Shown piece after piece: positions 1 through 9,941 of a DNA stretch of 64,000 bases. Origin of the DNA: Candidatus Bathyarchaeota archaeon (lineage in GTDB: Archaea > Thermoproteota > Bathyarchaeia > TCS64); contig CP070784.1 in the NCBI GenBank assembly GCA_020346605.1, positions 2,008,105 through 2,072,104 of the forward strand. The letters are read 5' to 3'. The notes below the pieces were generated by a model that saw only the letters and a list, made by a program, of their open reading frames with translations, had not been told where the DNA came from and did no database searches. Within the stretch, counting starts at the first letter, position 1, and every line of letters starts with the position of its first letter. Made by a program: the position numbers and the translations under genes.

Positions 1-213
1 ATGATCGACAAGGCCATGAGGCTATTGAAGGCGGGTAGAGTCGAGAGGTTATCGTACAACCAGTTCAACGTGATAGGGGACCATGGTACGTACAACGTCG
101 TCAGGAACCGGGAGGGCAAGATCAACTGCAGCTGCCCCGGATTCCAGAGCAGGGGAAGGTGCTCGCACTCGACTGCGGTCTTGATCATGTCGGGACAGTC
201 GAGGCGAAGGTGA
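1..213 (+). CDS. SWIM-type zinc-finger protein (small, possibly truncated by window edge)
   Basis: 70-aa ORF carrying C-x-C-x8-C-x-H (CSCPGFQSRGRCSH), the SWIM zinc-finger signature. The ATG is at window position 1, so the real N-terminus cannot be verified. Confidence 0.55.
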   Translation: MIDKAMRLLKAGRVERLSYNQFNVIGDHGTYNVVRNREGKINCSCPGFQSRGRCSHSTAVLIMSGQSRRR

Positions 214-329
214 GGCCCGATTTGAGAAATTTCTTGGGAGTCGCCCCTCGAGGCTTCTCCCTGGAGGAGTGCAATCTACGGACATCAGCACTCAAGTTAT
301 AAGTTAAACTGCAATGATCTCGGACCATC

Positions 330-1490
330 ATGAGCAGTAACCTCCGCTCGCTGCTGCCTTTCTACGCGGTGATACTGCTCTGGGGTCTCGGCTCCGGGAT
401 GTTGACGCCGGTGCTCCCCCTCTACGTCCGCTCCCTAGGCTTCACCATAGATGAGTGGGGCTACCTGGTGATGGTCTACGCCGTGAGCACCTTCCTCTTC
501 GAGTGGGCGTGGGGCGCCCTCTCCGACAGGGTCGACAGGAGGTTCATCATCGCGGCGGGGCTCCTGTCGGGGGCGGCAGTCGTCCCCATCTACACATTGC
601 GCGTCTCGATCACCGTGTTCTACGTGCTCCAGTTCCTCAGGGGGGCGCTTTTCATCATGGTTGGCCCCGCCGTGAAGACACTCGTCTCGGACATGAACTC
701 CGGGGGCATCGGGCTCTCCATGGGAATGTACTCGTCCGTGAGGAGGCTCGGGAGCGTGCTGGGGCCTATCGCGGGAACGCTTGTGGCGCAGGCACTATCC
801 TACGAGTCAGCGCTACACTTGTACTCCGTCATCTACGTCATAGGCGCGGCGACGACCTTGATCTTCATCAGGGGAGCCCCTGCGTCGAGCGAGAGAGCGG
901 ACTCCTCGAGCCTGATACAGGACTGCAGAACACTGTTCTCAACGACCACGATAGTGATTCTCTTCGCGATACCTGTGATCGTCCACATGGGGAGGGCGGT
1001 GATCGGCTCCTATCTGCCCATCTACGCCCTGGAGGTCGTCGGCACATCAACAGTGGGGGTGGGCGCCCTTTTCTCCATCGGGAACGTGGCTGGATTCCTT
1101 ACGACTCCTGTCTTCGGCTGGATCTCGGACAGGTACAGCAGGGCGACGGTGGTGCTAACCTGCTTCTCACTCTCCTCGGTGGCGATGTTCAGCCTCTCCC
1201 TGGCGCGGACGAACGTGCAACTGGCCTTACTACTGATGATCTTCACGGTTTGCTTCTCCCCGCTGACGCCGCTCCTTCTGGCGATGCTGACGGACGCCAC
1301 TCCACCGGGTCTCCTTGGGACCTCCATGGGGATCTACAGCACCTTCGAGAACCTGGGCATCGTTTTCACACCCCCTTTGTATAGCCTCATCTGGAAGGTT
1401 TACTCCCCCAGTATCATCTTCGTTTTCAGTGCTATAACGCAGGTCTTTGGAATTCTCCTGGTGTTCTACGCACGCAAGAGATTGAGGTGA
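330..1490 (+). CDS. MFS transporter
   Basis: 386 aa with about 12 hydrophobic helices. MFS loop signatures GALSDRVDRRF (TM2-3) and GWISDRYSR (TM8-9). Confidence 0.85.
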   Translation: MSSNLRSLLPFYAVILLWGLGSGMLTPVLPLYVRSLGFTIDEWGYLVMVYAVSTFLFEWAWGALSDRVDRRFIIAAGLLSGAAVVPIYTLRVSITVFYVLQFLRGALFIMVGPAVKTLVSDMNSGGIGLSMGMYSSVRRLGSVLGPIAGTLVAQALSYESALHLYSVIYVIGAATTLIFIRGAPASSERADSSSLIQDCRTLFSTTTIVILFAIPVIVHMGRAVIGSYLPIYALEVVGTSTVGVGALFSIGNVAGFLTTPVFGWISDRYSRATVVLTCFSLSSVAMFSLSLARTNVQLALLLMIFTVCFSPLTPLLLAMLTDATPPGLLGTSMGIYSTFENLGIVFTPPLYSLIWKVYSPSIIFVFSAITQVFGILLVFYARKRLR

Positions 1491-1546
1491 TTCCCCATTC
1501 CTTGCAGCTGGGATAACCCTCAGGAACTGTTGTTTTGAGGCTATGT

Positions 1547-2770
1547 TCACTGACTCAGCAGCGGATCTTTCACCAGTGAAAAGTAGATCGCAGCGGCAAT
1601 CACACCCATGGCGCCCAGCATGCTCCCTAGGCTCAGGTAGCCATAGGAGAGCAGCATCCAGCCCCCCACGCCGGTCCCGAGGGTGGAACCCAGGCTCCCT
1701 GCGGCGGCGTTTATGGACATCATCGTCCCACGATGCCTGGGGACCTGCTCCAGAGTCAGGTTGTTGTTGGCCGAGGTGAGCATACCGTTCACCAGCGCGG
1801 CGGCCCAACCGAGCAGGAGGGCCACCCACAGATTGGAAATAGAGTAGTAGAGCAGCAGGAGCAGACCGGCCGGGGCCGCTGTCAAGCTCGTGACCCTCTT
1901 CCGGCCCATCCTGTTTACGATCCTGCCGCTGGTCAGGCTGCCCACGATGAAGGAGAAGGCTCCGACGATGGTCGAGACCGACGCGAAGCCCGTGGAGACC
2001 ATGAACCTCTGCCTGATGAACGAAGACGAGAAGGCCAGGTGGGTGCTCCAGACCGCCATGACGAGCAGGGAGCCGATAAGGCACGCCGCCGCTGACTTGT
2101 TCGTAAAGACGGCCCTGAAGGCCTCAGAGTAGCTCACATCCCCTCCGACGCGACCGTGGTCGCCGGGTCCCACGGGTATCCAAAAGTGGGCTAACAGGAG
2201 GCTGAGGATCGAGGTGGGCAGGACGAAGACTAGGAACACCGTGCGCCATCCGCCGAGGCCCTCAACGAAGGCTATTACCGGGGCTCCCACCAGATAGGCC
2301 AGTGCAGACGCTCCAATCATCCATCCAACGGTTCCCGCCCTTCTCTCCACTGGGAGAAGATCACCAACAAGCGCCGTGGACATCGGATTCGCCATCACCC
2401 CTGCCACGCCGACTAGGGAAAACATGAGCAGCATCACGCCGAAGTCAGGAGAGAAGGCGCAGCCCAGTGTCGACACGCACAGGAAGAGAAGCCCCGCGAG
2501 GAGAAGGGACTTGTGCCTGTACCGGACGCTGAGGAAGCCCATGAGCAGCGCCCCGAACACCCCGACGGCCGCTGACACGGTCCTGATCTGGCCCATGACG
2601 CCGACGGACACGCTGAAGGTGGCCGCGATGTCGATGAGCAGGAGCCCGGTCAGGATCCTCGGGAGTTGGAGCGCGAAGCGGGTGAGGCCCAGGGACGGCA
2701 GTATTAGTTTCTCCGAAGACCCTCCGCTCTCACTCTCTAGAGGTTGGGACGTCATGCTAGACGTGGTCAC
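1547..2770 (-). CDS. MFS transporter
   Basis: 407 aa, multi-pass hydrophobic, with MFS-like loop motif GRIVNRMGRKR. Convergent with the preceding MFS gene. Confidence 0.8.
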   Translation of the reverse strand: MTTSSMTSQPLESESGGSSEKLILPSLGLTRFALQLPRILTGLLLIDIAATFSVSVGVMGQIRTVSAAVGVFGALLMGFLSVRYRHKSLLLAGLLFLCVSTLGCAFSPDFGVMLLMFSLVGVAGVMANPMSTALVGDLLPVERRAGTVGWMIGASALAYLVGAPVIAFVEGLGGWRTVFLVFVLPTSILSLLLAHFWIPVGPGDHGRVGGDVSYSEAFRAVFTNKSAAACLIGSLLVMAVWSTHLAFSSSFIRQRFMVSTGFASVSTIVGAFSFIVGSLTSGRIVNRMGRKRVTSLTAAPAGLLLLLYYSISNLWVALLLGWAAALVNGMLTSANNNLTLEQVPRHRGTMMSINAAAGSLGSTLGTGVGGWMLLSYGYLSLGSMLGAMGVIAAAIYFSLVKDPLLSQ

Positions 2771-2812
2771 GAGTGATCAATATAATGTTTGCCCAAACTC
2801 CGAGGGGGAGTT

Positions 2813-3106
2813 CTAGCTAGGGCAGTTGACCACGATCGTCTTCGAGTACTCCCAGAGCCTCTCCTCGGAGTCGTGGGAGACAGCCCCCTTGAACTCCTGG
2901 AACTCGGCCACCGTCAGGTCCGTCTCGTAGATGAAGATATGGTCCTCCTCCACACCGAAGGGGAGGCCCCACCTCAGGAGCTCGACGCGGTGCTCACCGC
3001 ATAGCTGCTCGTGCCGAGGAAACCAGGTGTCCGCGAAGTAGCCGTAACCCTTCTCATGGGCGCTCTCCCGCCACTTGACGAAACACAGATATACGTAACG
3101 ACCCAC
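2813..3106 (-). CDS. hypothetical protein
   Basis: 97-aa ORF with ordinary amino-acid composition. A TATATAT box lies 35-41 nt upstream of the ATG on its strand. No family recognised. Confidence 0.45.
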   Translation of the reverse strand: MGRYVYLCFVKWRESAHEKGYGYFADTWFPRHEQLCGEHRVELLRWGLPFGVEEDHIFIYETDLTVAEFQEFKGAVSHDSEERLWEYSKTIVVNCPS

Positions 3107-3207
3107 GCCTTCACACCATGTCTATGTTGGGGGGTACTTGTATATATCCCAAATTCGGGTAAGGCCCTCACTATCAGTAAATTACCAAATACATGGACGG
3201 CGCTCGG

Positions 3208-3978
3208 TCATCTCTTCTCGGCCACGTACAGGACTGAGAGGTAGGGCCTCGTTACGGCTCCACCGTACTCCTCTTCAAGCAACTCGCCGATGCCGTCGTA
3301 CAGCTCCCGTCTCCTAGGCGGTTCAAGGCTCCTGTGGTCTGAGTAGGTGTCCAGGAGCTTAATGTACTGCTCCTTGGTGAAAACCCTCGACCACGGATAC
3401 CTCCGGACCTCCACCTTCCCGAATAGGCCCGAGCCATCGATGACCGCTTCCCTCTCCCTTATCTTCTCCTCGGTCGTGGGGATGTCGCTGATATCTCCCC
3501 ACTCTGGCACGACGCTCCTGTACACCCTCTGCACATCGCTGAAGAATCCGGTGTAAGGCGTCGGATGCATGTTCCAGAACAGAGCGATACTGCCCGTGTC
3601 CTTCAGTGCCTGAGCCGCCTTGAGGTAGCCGATCTCGGCTGGGATCCAGTGGAACGCCGTGGCGGATATAAGCAGGTCGAAGAAGCCCTCCTCCGGCTTC
3701 CATTCCTCGAAGGAGACGTTCCGGATCTCCACCTTCGGATAGGGTGCACAGTTCCTGCGAGCTATCACCACTAGCTCCTTCCCGATGTCCAGGCAGAGCA
3801 TCTCGTATCCGCGCTTTGCGAAGGGGATCGTGGCCTGACCTGTGCCGCAGCCGACTTCGAGTATCCTTCCTTCCGCCGGGACGCCGGAGATGCGCACGAC
3901 GTCCTCTATCAGCTCCTCGGGGTATCCGGGGCGGACCTCGTCGTACTCTCGAGCCACTCCATCAAAAATTTTTTCCAT
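3208..3978 (-). CDS. class I SAM-dependent methyltransferase
   Basis: 256 aa with SAM-binding motif I ILEVGCGTGQAT followed by an acidic residue at the end of beta-2 (MLCLD). Confidence 0.85.
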   Translation of the reverse strand: MEKIFDGVAREYDEVRPGYPEELIEDVVRISGVPAEGRILEVGCGTGQATIPFAKRGYEMLCLDIGKELVVIARRNCAPYPKVEIRNVSFEEWKPEEGFFDLLISATAFHWIPAEIGYLKAAQALKDTGSIALFWNMHPTPYTGFFSDVQRVYRSVVPEWGDISDIPTTEEKIREREAVIDGSGLFGKVEVRRYPWSRVFTKEQYIKLLDTYSDHRSLEPPRRRELYDGIGELLEEEYGGAVTRPYLSVLYVAEKR

Positions 3979-4139
3979 GGATAGTCCGCTTCAAGCGTCG
4001 TAGCTGATAGCCAAGGATATTGTGAATTCACATAATAAAAAGGGAGAACCTTCATGGAGATGGGGAGAAGAAATCGTGTTAACAATCCATTTTAGGCCTA
4101 GATTAAACTTAAAATTTCCATCGAAAATCTTGAAACCCC

Positions 4140-4658
4140 ATGAGAAGGAGTGTCTCCAGGGGGGCCTCGGGGAGCACCGTCGTCTTGGCCAGCCTGCTCT
4201 TGGTCAGCCTTGGGCTCAACGCCGGGATATGGTTCCTCAGATACAGCCAGGGGTCCGCAGCGGGGTACGATGAGGGATACGCCCTGGGCTTCCAAGCGGG
4301 ATCGGGGGGAGGCTACAACGTCAGGGACCCCACATACGCTGAGGCGATGGACTTCATCGAGATGGACGACACCGACTCGTTGGGCTACAGAGACGACTTC
4401 GACTGCACCCGATTCGCGGCCGCGTTCAAGCAGAACGCCTTCGAGGAGGGCATCAGGTGCTACTACGTGAACGTCTACTTCAAGGGATCCACGGGGCACT
4501 CGATAGTGGCGTTCGACACCGTTGACAGAGGGTTGATCTTCATCGAGCCCCAGCACGACCAGGAGGTCAACCTAGTCAAGGGGAGCTCATACTGCGAGCT
4601 CAACGACCTCCAGGGAGTCAATGATGACGTGATTATCGACTACGTCTTGATACCGTAA
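4140..4658 (+). CDS. membrane-anchored hypothetical protein
   Basis: 172 aa with an N-terminal signal-anchor helix (VVLASLLLVSLGLNAGIWFL) followed by a soluble domain. No family recognised. Confidence 0.6.
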   Translation: MRRSVSRGASGSTVVLASLLLVSLGLNAGIWFLRYSQGSAAGYDEGYALGFQAGSGGGYNVRDPTYAEAMDFIEMDDTDSLGYRDDFDCTRFAAAFKQNAFEEGIRCYYVNVYFKGSTGHSIVAFDTVDRGLIFIEPQHDQEVNLVKGSSYCELNDLQGVNDDVIIDYVLIP

Positions 4659-4702
4659 CCAGACTTCGAATATGTGGACACAGGCCCGGAACTAACATTT
4701 AC

Positions 4703-5161
4703 TTACTCTTTCATCCGCTCATGGAGGCCCGAGGTTGCAGCAATCTGCCCCTCGTGGTGTATGATCTCGGAGACCAGCCAGAGGATGGACCACTCCCGGG
4801 TCCTCCCGCCAAAGTAGTCGATCTCCTCGGCGAGGACCTCGTCGGTGAGTCTGTCCAGCTCTGCCATGAGCGCCTCCCTCCCCGCCTTCAGGTCTCCTAG
4901 AATCTTCTCAAGGGAGTAGTCACTGTTGCCCACGTAGTCGTCGGGCCAGCCCTCGGGCTTGTAGCCCTTTCCGCCGAAGAGCACCCTAGGGAGGACGACG
5001 TGGAGGATGTAGGCCTCGTGTGTGAGGAACCACCTCAATGTGTTGGCCTCCGGCGTGGGCCTCCAGTCCAGCTGTTCCTCTCTGAGTCCTTTGGTCAACT
5101 CGTCCAGCCTGTTGAGGCCTATCCCGGTAATGATCTTGATCACGTCGACTCGTGCTGACAT
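4703..5161 (-). CDS. DinB-family protein (YfiT/DinB_2-like)
   Basis: Motifs EEQLDWRP...TLRWFLTHE and C-terminal IIHHEGQIA. Paralogue of 26274..26738. Start set at MSARVD (ATG 5161) by alignment with the paralogue and a CTATATAATC box about 29 nt upstream; the ORF track start is 5200. Confidence 0.75.
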   Translation of the reverse strand: MSARVDVIKIITGIGLNRLDELTKGLREEQLDWRPTPEANTLRWFLTHEAYILHVVLPRVLFGGKGYKPEGWPDDYVGNSDYSLEKILGDLKAGREALMAELDRLTDEVLAEEIDYFGGRTREWSILWLVSEIIHHEGQIAATSGLHERMKE

Positions 5162-5216
5162 TTTGAAAAGAAGATATCCCCCACGATTATATAGGGTCAA
5201 CCCCTAGATCCGGGAT

Positions 5217-5780
5217 TCAGAGCAGTATGGACATCCTGTACTCGTCCACGTAGTCCTGGAGCAGGTAGTGCCAGTGCTCCCTTCTCAGGAGGCCCTCCTT
5301 CTCGAACCCGCACTTCTCGTAGACGTGGATGCCCCTGACGTTGGAGGTGAGCACGTGGAGGTAGACCTTGCTCAGCCCCTTCAGACCGACGATCTCGATG
5401 TTGAGCCTCGTCAGTAGGGTCCCCAGGCCTCTGTCCTGGTAGTCATCGTGGACTGCCACGCCGTACATGGCTTTGTGCCTAGTGGCCTCGTCAGTGGAGA
5501 AGTGCAGGGTGGTGTGGGCGACGACCCTAGTGGGCTCATCGGTCGGGAACGCGAGGATGGGCAGGATCCGTTCGAAGTCGAGGTTCCTGAACCACCTCTC
5601 TATGAGGTCGTGTGTGTACCTGTCGGTGAGCGTACTGAGGCTGTCCTCGGAGAGGGTGGAGTACATCTCCCATAGGGGTTCAAGGTCCTCGGGCCTCTCG
5701 GCCCGAAGCAGCAGCACGGCGCCATCCCTCAGGGCCACCTCTCTACTCCACCCCTCTATATCGGAGAAGTCGAACTCCAT
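5217..5780 (-). CDS. GNAT-family N-acetyltransferase
   Basis: 187 aa with an acetyl-CoA-binding motif of R/Q-x-x-G-x-G/A type (YQDRGLGTLLL). Confidence 0.8.
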   Translation of the reverse strand: MEFDFSDIEGWSREVALRDGAVLLLRAERPEDLEPLWEMYSTLSEDSLSTLTDRYTHDLIERWFRNLDFERILPILAFPTDEPTRVVAHTTLHFSTDEATRHKAMYGVAVHDDYQDRGLGTLLTRLNIEIVGLKGLSKVYLHVLTSNVRGIHVYEKCGFEKEGLLRREHWHYLLQDYVDEYRMSILL

Positions 5781-5885
5781 GCCTCTGAATTGGATCTGAA
5801 TGTATAAGTGGCTGATGGTTCAAGGATCCGAGTAAATAAGGTAAATTCTAGGGTCTAGGAGTGTAAAAAGAAGAAAAAGGGGTTT

Positions 5886-6104
5886 TTAAACCTCTGCCTT
5901 CTCTCTATCGAGGTACTCGACCTGATCCAGAGTCGGGTCGCGTACGTTTTCGACGTCCAGCCTCTCCGCATGGACGCCGTGAAGGGAGTCCTCGCCACTC
6001 GGCTTGGACCATAGGCCGCGAAGGTTTTCAAAGAACTTTTTAACTGCTGACATTTTGTTATGCCATCCCTTCGCTCTACTGGTAATCCAGAACCTTAAAT
6101 CCAT
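5886..6104 (-). CDS. hypothetical small protein
   Basis: 72-aa ORF that may start at the internal MSAVKK. A T-rich tract (CTTTTTCTTCTTTTT) follows on its strand. No homology recognised. Confidence 0.3.
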   Translation of the reverse strand: MDLRFWITSRAKGWHNKMSAVKKFFENLRGLWSKPSGEDSLHGVHAERLDVENVRDPTLDQVEYLDREKAEV

Positions 6105-6212
6105 TCTGAAGCCTAATGCCGTACTCCTTGAAGATACGAAAATGACCTACGCCAAAGAACAATCCTGATGAAGTATTAGGCCTACGGTCGAAGGCTCATG
6201 ATTACGCCACAG

Positions 6213-6225
6213 TTTAAAAAAAGGA
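6213..6225 (-). terminator. oligo-T tract after the metalloprotease gene
   Basis: On the minus strand a T7 run (6216-6222) lies 9 nt after the stop. Confidence 0.45.
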
Positions 6226-6230
6226 GAAGT

Positions 6231-8651
6231 TTAGATGGGCGGCCCCTGCGGCGTCTCCAGGGGCTTCGTCAGCCTCACCTTGTCCGGGCTCTCCTGGAAC
6301 AGCCTGATCTGCGATGCGCCGTACATATAGTGGGCTTTCTGGCTCTCGCACTCGGTGGAGCCCACCTGCTCGCAGAGCCAGCCCTTCAACTCGTCCAGCT
6401 TCAGGTATGCGATGGCACGGACCTGGTCGGCCGCGCCCTCGTCGGACGCCAGCGCCATCAGGTTATAGAGCACCAGGCTGTCGACCATCCGCCCCAGCTC
6501 GGCGTGGTATCCGTCTTCGTAGGTCTCCTTCCAAGTGTACGAGACGAGCCCGTCGATGACTTCGCCGAGGCTTGGCGTGTCCGGCTCCCGGGCGTGGTGC
6601 TCCACGAGCCTCGCGGCCCTCTCAGGGTGCAGTAGCCGCTCCACGGTCATGTTCGCAGCGGTCTCGGCCGCTCCCAGGGGATCGAAGGGGTGGCCCGTAC
6701 GCCCAGGGAACAGGTCCTTGGAAGGTGGCGCGGCCGTTGGGTAGAGCGACCTCACCTGCCCGAGGCCCCTGATCCTAGGCGGGATGACCTCCAGCACCCT
6801 CTTGGGCATCGCCAGGAACTCGGGGTGCAGTGTCCTTAGCAGCACCTCCAGAGCGCGCCTCTGCTCGTCCCCGGGCACTATCCTCGGGTCCTTCTGCGTG
6901 TCGCCCCGGATGGTGTGGCCGTAGTAGAGGCCGCCGATCTTGCTCGCCGCCGCCTCCAGGGAGTACCTGTGGAAGAGGTACGTGGTGACCAGGGGCTCTT
7001 CTAGGGAGGCCATCGGGGCATTGGGGAGGATCCTCCTCTCGGAGAAACTTTCCAGGGCGACCCTCCTGACCTCCATGATGCGCTCCAGCTCGTCAACGGG
7101 GTCCTCGCCGTTCACCCAGGGGTTGTCCAGGGGGTGGTCTCCCGCCGGCCCGGAGCCCTGGCCGGGCGCGTAGAGCAGCCCCCTGGCGAAGGCGTCGTCT
7201 AGGACCTTCTTGCACTCCGCCTCCTCGTCGGCCCCGTCGGGGTACTCCCTGTAACCGAAGTCGATGCAGACCTTGTCCCACTCGCCGACGCCAGCCTCGT
7301 AGGCCTCAGAGAGGTCTATCTTGCCGTCCTCGTCGAGCTTGGCCCACATCGCGGGGTAGTCCATCACAGAGGCCCTGCCGTTGACGTTGGATGCGTAGTT
7401 GTGGCCCAGCCCCAGTGTGTGCCCCACCTCGTGCACTGAGAGCTGCCTGATCCGTGCGAGGGCCATCTCCAGCATCACGGAGGTCTCCGTGCCGTCCTCG
7501 TAGTCGGCCACGAGCCCCTCTGCGATCATGAAGTCCTGTCGGATCCGTAGGGAGCCCAGTGCGACCTGCCCCTTGATGATCTCGCCCGTGCGGGGGTCGG
7601 TGACGCCTCCGCCGTAGCTCCAACCCCTCGTGGACCTGTGCACCCAGTTGATGATGTTGTACCTGATGTCCAGGTTGTCTGCGCCCTCTGGGAGCACCTC
7701 GCACCGGAAGGCGTCCTTGTAGCCAGTGGCCTCGAAGGCCTGGTTCCACCAGGCTGCCCCCTCGACCAGCGCCGTCCTTATCGGCTCCGGGGCGCCCCGG
7801 TCCACGTAGTAGACGATCGGCTCCACTGGCTCGCTAACCTCAGCATTCGGGTCCTTCTTCTTCAGCCTGTGCCGGCGGATGAACTTCTTCTGGATGGGTC
7901 GATCCACTGGCGTGTTGAAGTCCATGTAGATCACGGCTCCGAACATGGACCTGGGGTCCCATAGTCGTGGCTGGTAGTCGTCGTCTGGGAGCTGGATGAG
8001 GCTGTGGTGCTGCCTCATTGTGAGCAGCGTGGGCTCCGCTGCGACGGTCATCACGTAGCCCCCCGGGGTCTTCCCCTTGTAGGTGAGCAGCGCCTCGAAC
8101 TCTGTGTTCAGGGGGAAGTTCTTCGTCTCCGACATCCAGATCGCCGACTTCTCCGGGTCGAGTTCGTAGTCTCCCTGCTCCCTCTGCTTGAGCCTTCTGA
8201 TGACGTCCTTTTCGTCCCTCAGCAGGAACTCCGTGGCGTCCATCAGGATCCGACCCTCCTCCTCCGCCTCGACCTTGAAACCCCAGATCACGGCCTTCGC
8301 AAAGGCGTCCTCCACGTCCTTCACGCCGTCCGGGGTGTCGTTCAGCGCCCTGAAGCTGTAGTTGGGCTGGATCAGGAGGACCTTGGGGCCGACGCGGTGG
8401 AAGTACACTATCCGCGTCTTCCCCAGCTGGTTCCTGTCCAGCCCCACGTCGTTGGAGCCGAGCCCAGCTGAAAGGGCGTTCACATAGAGGAACTCCTCGT
8501 CCAGCTTGTCAACCTCGAGCCAGATCTTACCCGCCTTCTCGTCCCAGTAGAAGTCGAAGTAGCCAGGGAACGCCTCCATGCCCTCGGTCTTCTCGGATAT
8601 CGTCTCAGGCTCATATTTTACCTCTTCGTCAACCATTGAATCAAACTCCAA
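6231..8651 (-). CDS. zinc-dependent metalloprotease (DUF5117/DUF4953-type zincin)
   Basis: 806 aa with HEVGHTLGLGHN (HExxHxxGxxH). The N-terminal region (FPGYFDFYWDEKAGKIWLEV) is typical of this family. Start is TTG at 8651 or ATG at 8636. A T7 tract follows the stop. Confidence 0.85.
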   Translation of the reverse strand: MEFDSMVDEEVKYEPETISEKTEGMEAFPGYFDFYWDEKAGKIWLEVDKLDEEFLYVNALSAGLGSNDVGLDRNQLGKTRIVYFHRVGPKVLLIQPNYSFRALNDTPDGVKDVEDAFAKAVIWGFKVEAEEEGRILMDATEFLLRDEKDVIRRLKQREQGDYELDPEKSAIWMSETKNFPLNTEFEALLTYKGKTPGGYVMTVAAEPTLLTMRQHHSLIQLPDDDYQPRLWDPRSMFGAVIYMDFNTPVDRPIQKKFIRRHRLKKKDPNAEVSEPVEPIVYYVDRGAPEPIRTALVEGAAWWNQAFEATGYKDAFRCEVLPEGADNLDIRYNIINWVHRSTRGWSYGGGVTDPRTGEIIKGQVALGSLRIRQDFMIAEGLVADYEDGTETSVMLEMALARIRQLSVHEVGHTLGLGHNYASNVNGRASVMDYPAMWAKLDEDGKIDLSEAYEAGVGEWDKVCIDFGYREYPDGADEEAECKKVLDDAFARGLLYAPGQGSGPAGDHPLDNPWVNGEDPVDELERIMEVRRVALESFSERRILPNAPMASLEEPLVTTYLFHRYSLEAAASKIGGLYYGHTIRGDTQKDPRIVPGDEQRRALEVLLRTLHPEFLAMPKRVLEVIPPRIRGLGQVRSLYPTAAPPSKDLFPGRTGHPFDPLGAAETAANMTVERLLHPERAARLVEHHAREPDTPSLGEVIDGLVSYTWKETYEDGYHAELGRMVDSLVLYNLMALASDEGAADQVRAIAYLKLDELKGWLCEQVGSTECESQKAHYMYGASQIRLFQESPDKVRLTKPLETPQGPPI

Positions 8652-8827
8652 AGAACAGACGTAGTGTGTCCCTTAGACGATTAATAACTTTCTTAAGGGA
8701 ACTTGCACGATCGTCGGTATCGTGGCGAACGAAGTCTTTTAACCATCAGCGGACAATAACACATGGGGTAACGGTCCATAATTCTTTTTAAAATTCCTTC
8801 GAAAGCGGTGAATCGAAACTGAGTGAA

Positions 8828-9205
8828 ATGAAGCGCCCAGCCATACTGCTCGTTGACGACGATCAGAACATACTCAATCTGTTCCAGATGTTCCTACGTG
8901 AGGAAGGTTACACAGTGGAGACGGCGTCGACCCAGGAGGAGGCGCTGTCGATGGTGAAGGCCGTCAAGTTCGACCTAGTCATTCTGGACCTCATCCTCGA
9001 GGAAACCCGTGGAGACTGGCTGGCCCTGGAGCTTTATGAGATCGACGGAGACCTCTGCTTCCTTTTCCTCACCGGTTTCTCCAGTCCAGACATCAACCTT
9101 GAGTCACTGCCCATCAAGATCTGCGCCATACTCACGAAGCCGATATCTCTGGAGGACCTGGGAGCCTCGGTCCTCGAGGCCCTCCCAAGAGAGAGCGAGG
9201 ATTGA
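8828..9205 (+). CDS. single-domain response regulator (CheY-like receiver)
   Basis: 125 aa with acidic pair LLVDDD, phospho-acceptor D in VILDL, T in FLTGF and K in LTKP. No output domain, and no histidine kinase in the window. Confidence 0.85.
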   Translation: MKRPAILLVDDDQNILNLFQMFLREEGYTVETASTQEEALSMVKAVKFDLVILDLILEETRGDWLALELYEIDGDLCFLFLTGFSSPDINLESLPIKICAILTKPISLEDLGASVLEALPRESED

Positions 9206-9347
9206 GCTTCAGTCGATACTCGAAGTGACCAAGAGAATCTTGGATGGGTGCAGGGTCGGCAGATTCCTTGCCTTGGCGTCTTTAAGGTGATTACATCCGC
9301 AGTAGCGGCGTCAGCTCGACGTAAGCGGATGCTTAATAGATAGCCCA

Positions 9348-9941
9348 GTGAAGAATCATGTGATCATATTGGAACTGACGGACCTCCTCTGGTATGCAGC
9401 CCCCGTCGTCGTGCTGGTCCTCCTAGGTATTGTTTTCGCCTACTTCTACAACAGGCTCTACAGGTACAGTAACGCAGCCGATGCGAACCTCGGCCAGATA
9501 CGTGTGGCCCTGAAGAAGAGGCTGGACATGATTGAGCAGCTCCTTGGGGCCGTCAGGGGCTACGTCCAGCACGAGCGGGAAGTCTTCGAGAGGATCGCCG
9601 AGATGAGGGGCAGGCTGTTCGAGGGGGGAGCTGGCGAGATCTCCGAGATCGAGAGGGAGTCCAGAGGGATCACTGGGAGCGTCATGGCCGTAGCCGAGGA
9701 CTACCCCGAGCTCAGGGCCAACGAGACGGTGAGGAAGCTGATGGACGCCATCGTCAGCGTCGAGGATGAGATCGCCCGCCACAGGTACACGTTCAACAAC
9801 ATAGTTCAGGAGTTCAACACCATGGTGGACACGATACCCTCCAACCTCATCGCGAGCGCAATCGGGCACGAGAAGCTGGAGTACCTGCAATTCGAGGAGC
9901 CCCTGGAAGCGCCCGAGATCAAGGTGAAGGCTGAGAATTGA
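9348..9941 (+). CDS. lemA: LemA-family membrane protein
   Basis: 197 aa with an N-terminal TM helix and the LemA core (NRLYRYSNAADANLGQIRVALKKRLDMIEQL...YPELRANE). Confidence 0.85.
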   Translation: MKNHVIILELTDLLWYAAPVVVLVLLGIVFAYFYNRLYRYSNAADANLGQIRVALKKRLDMIEQLLGAVRGYVQHEREVFERIAEMRGRLFEGGAGEISEIERESRGITGSVMAVAEDYPELRANETVRKLMDAIVSVEDEIARHRYTFNNIVQEFNTMVDTIPSNLIASAIGHEKLEYLQFEEPLEAPEIKVKAEN

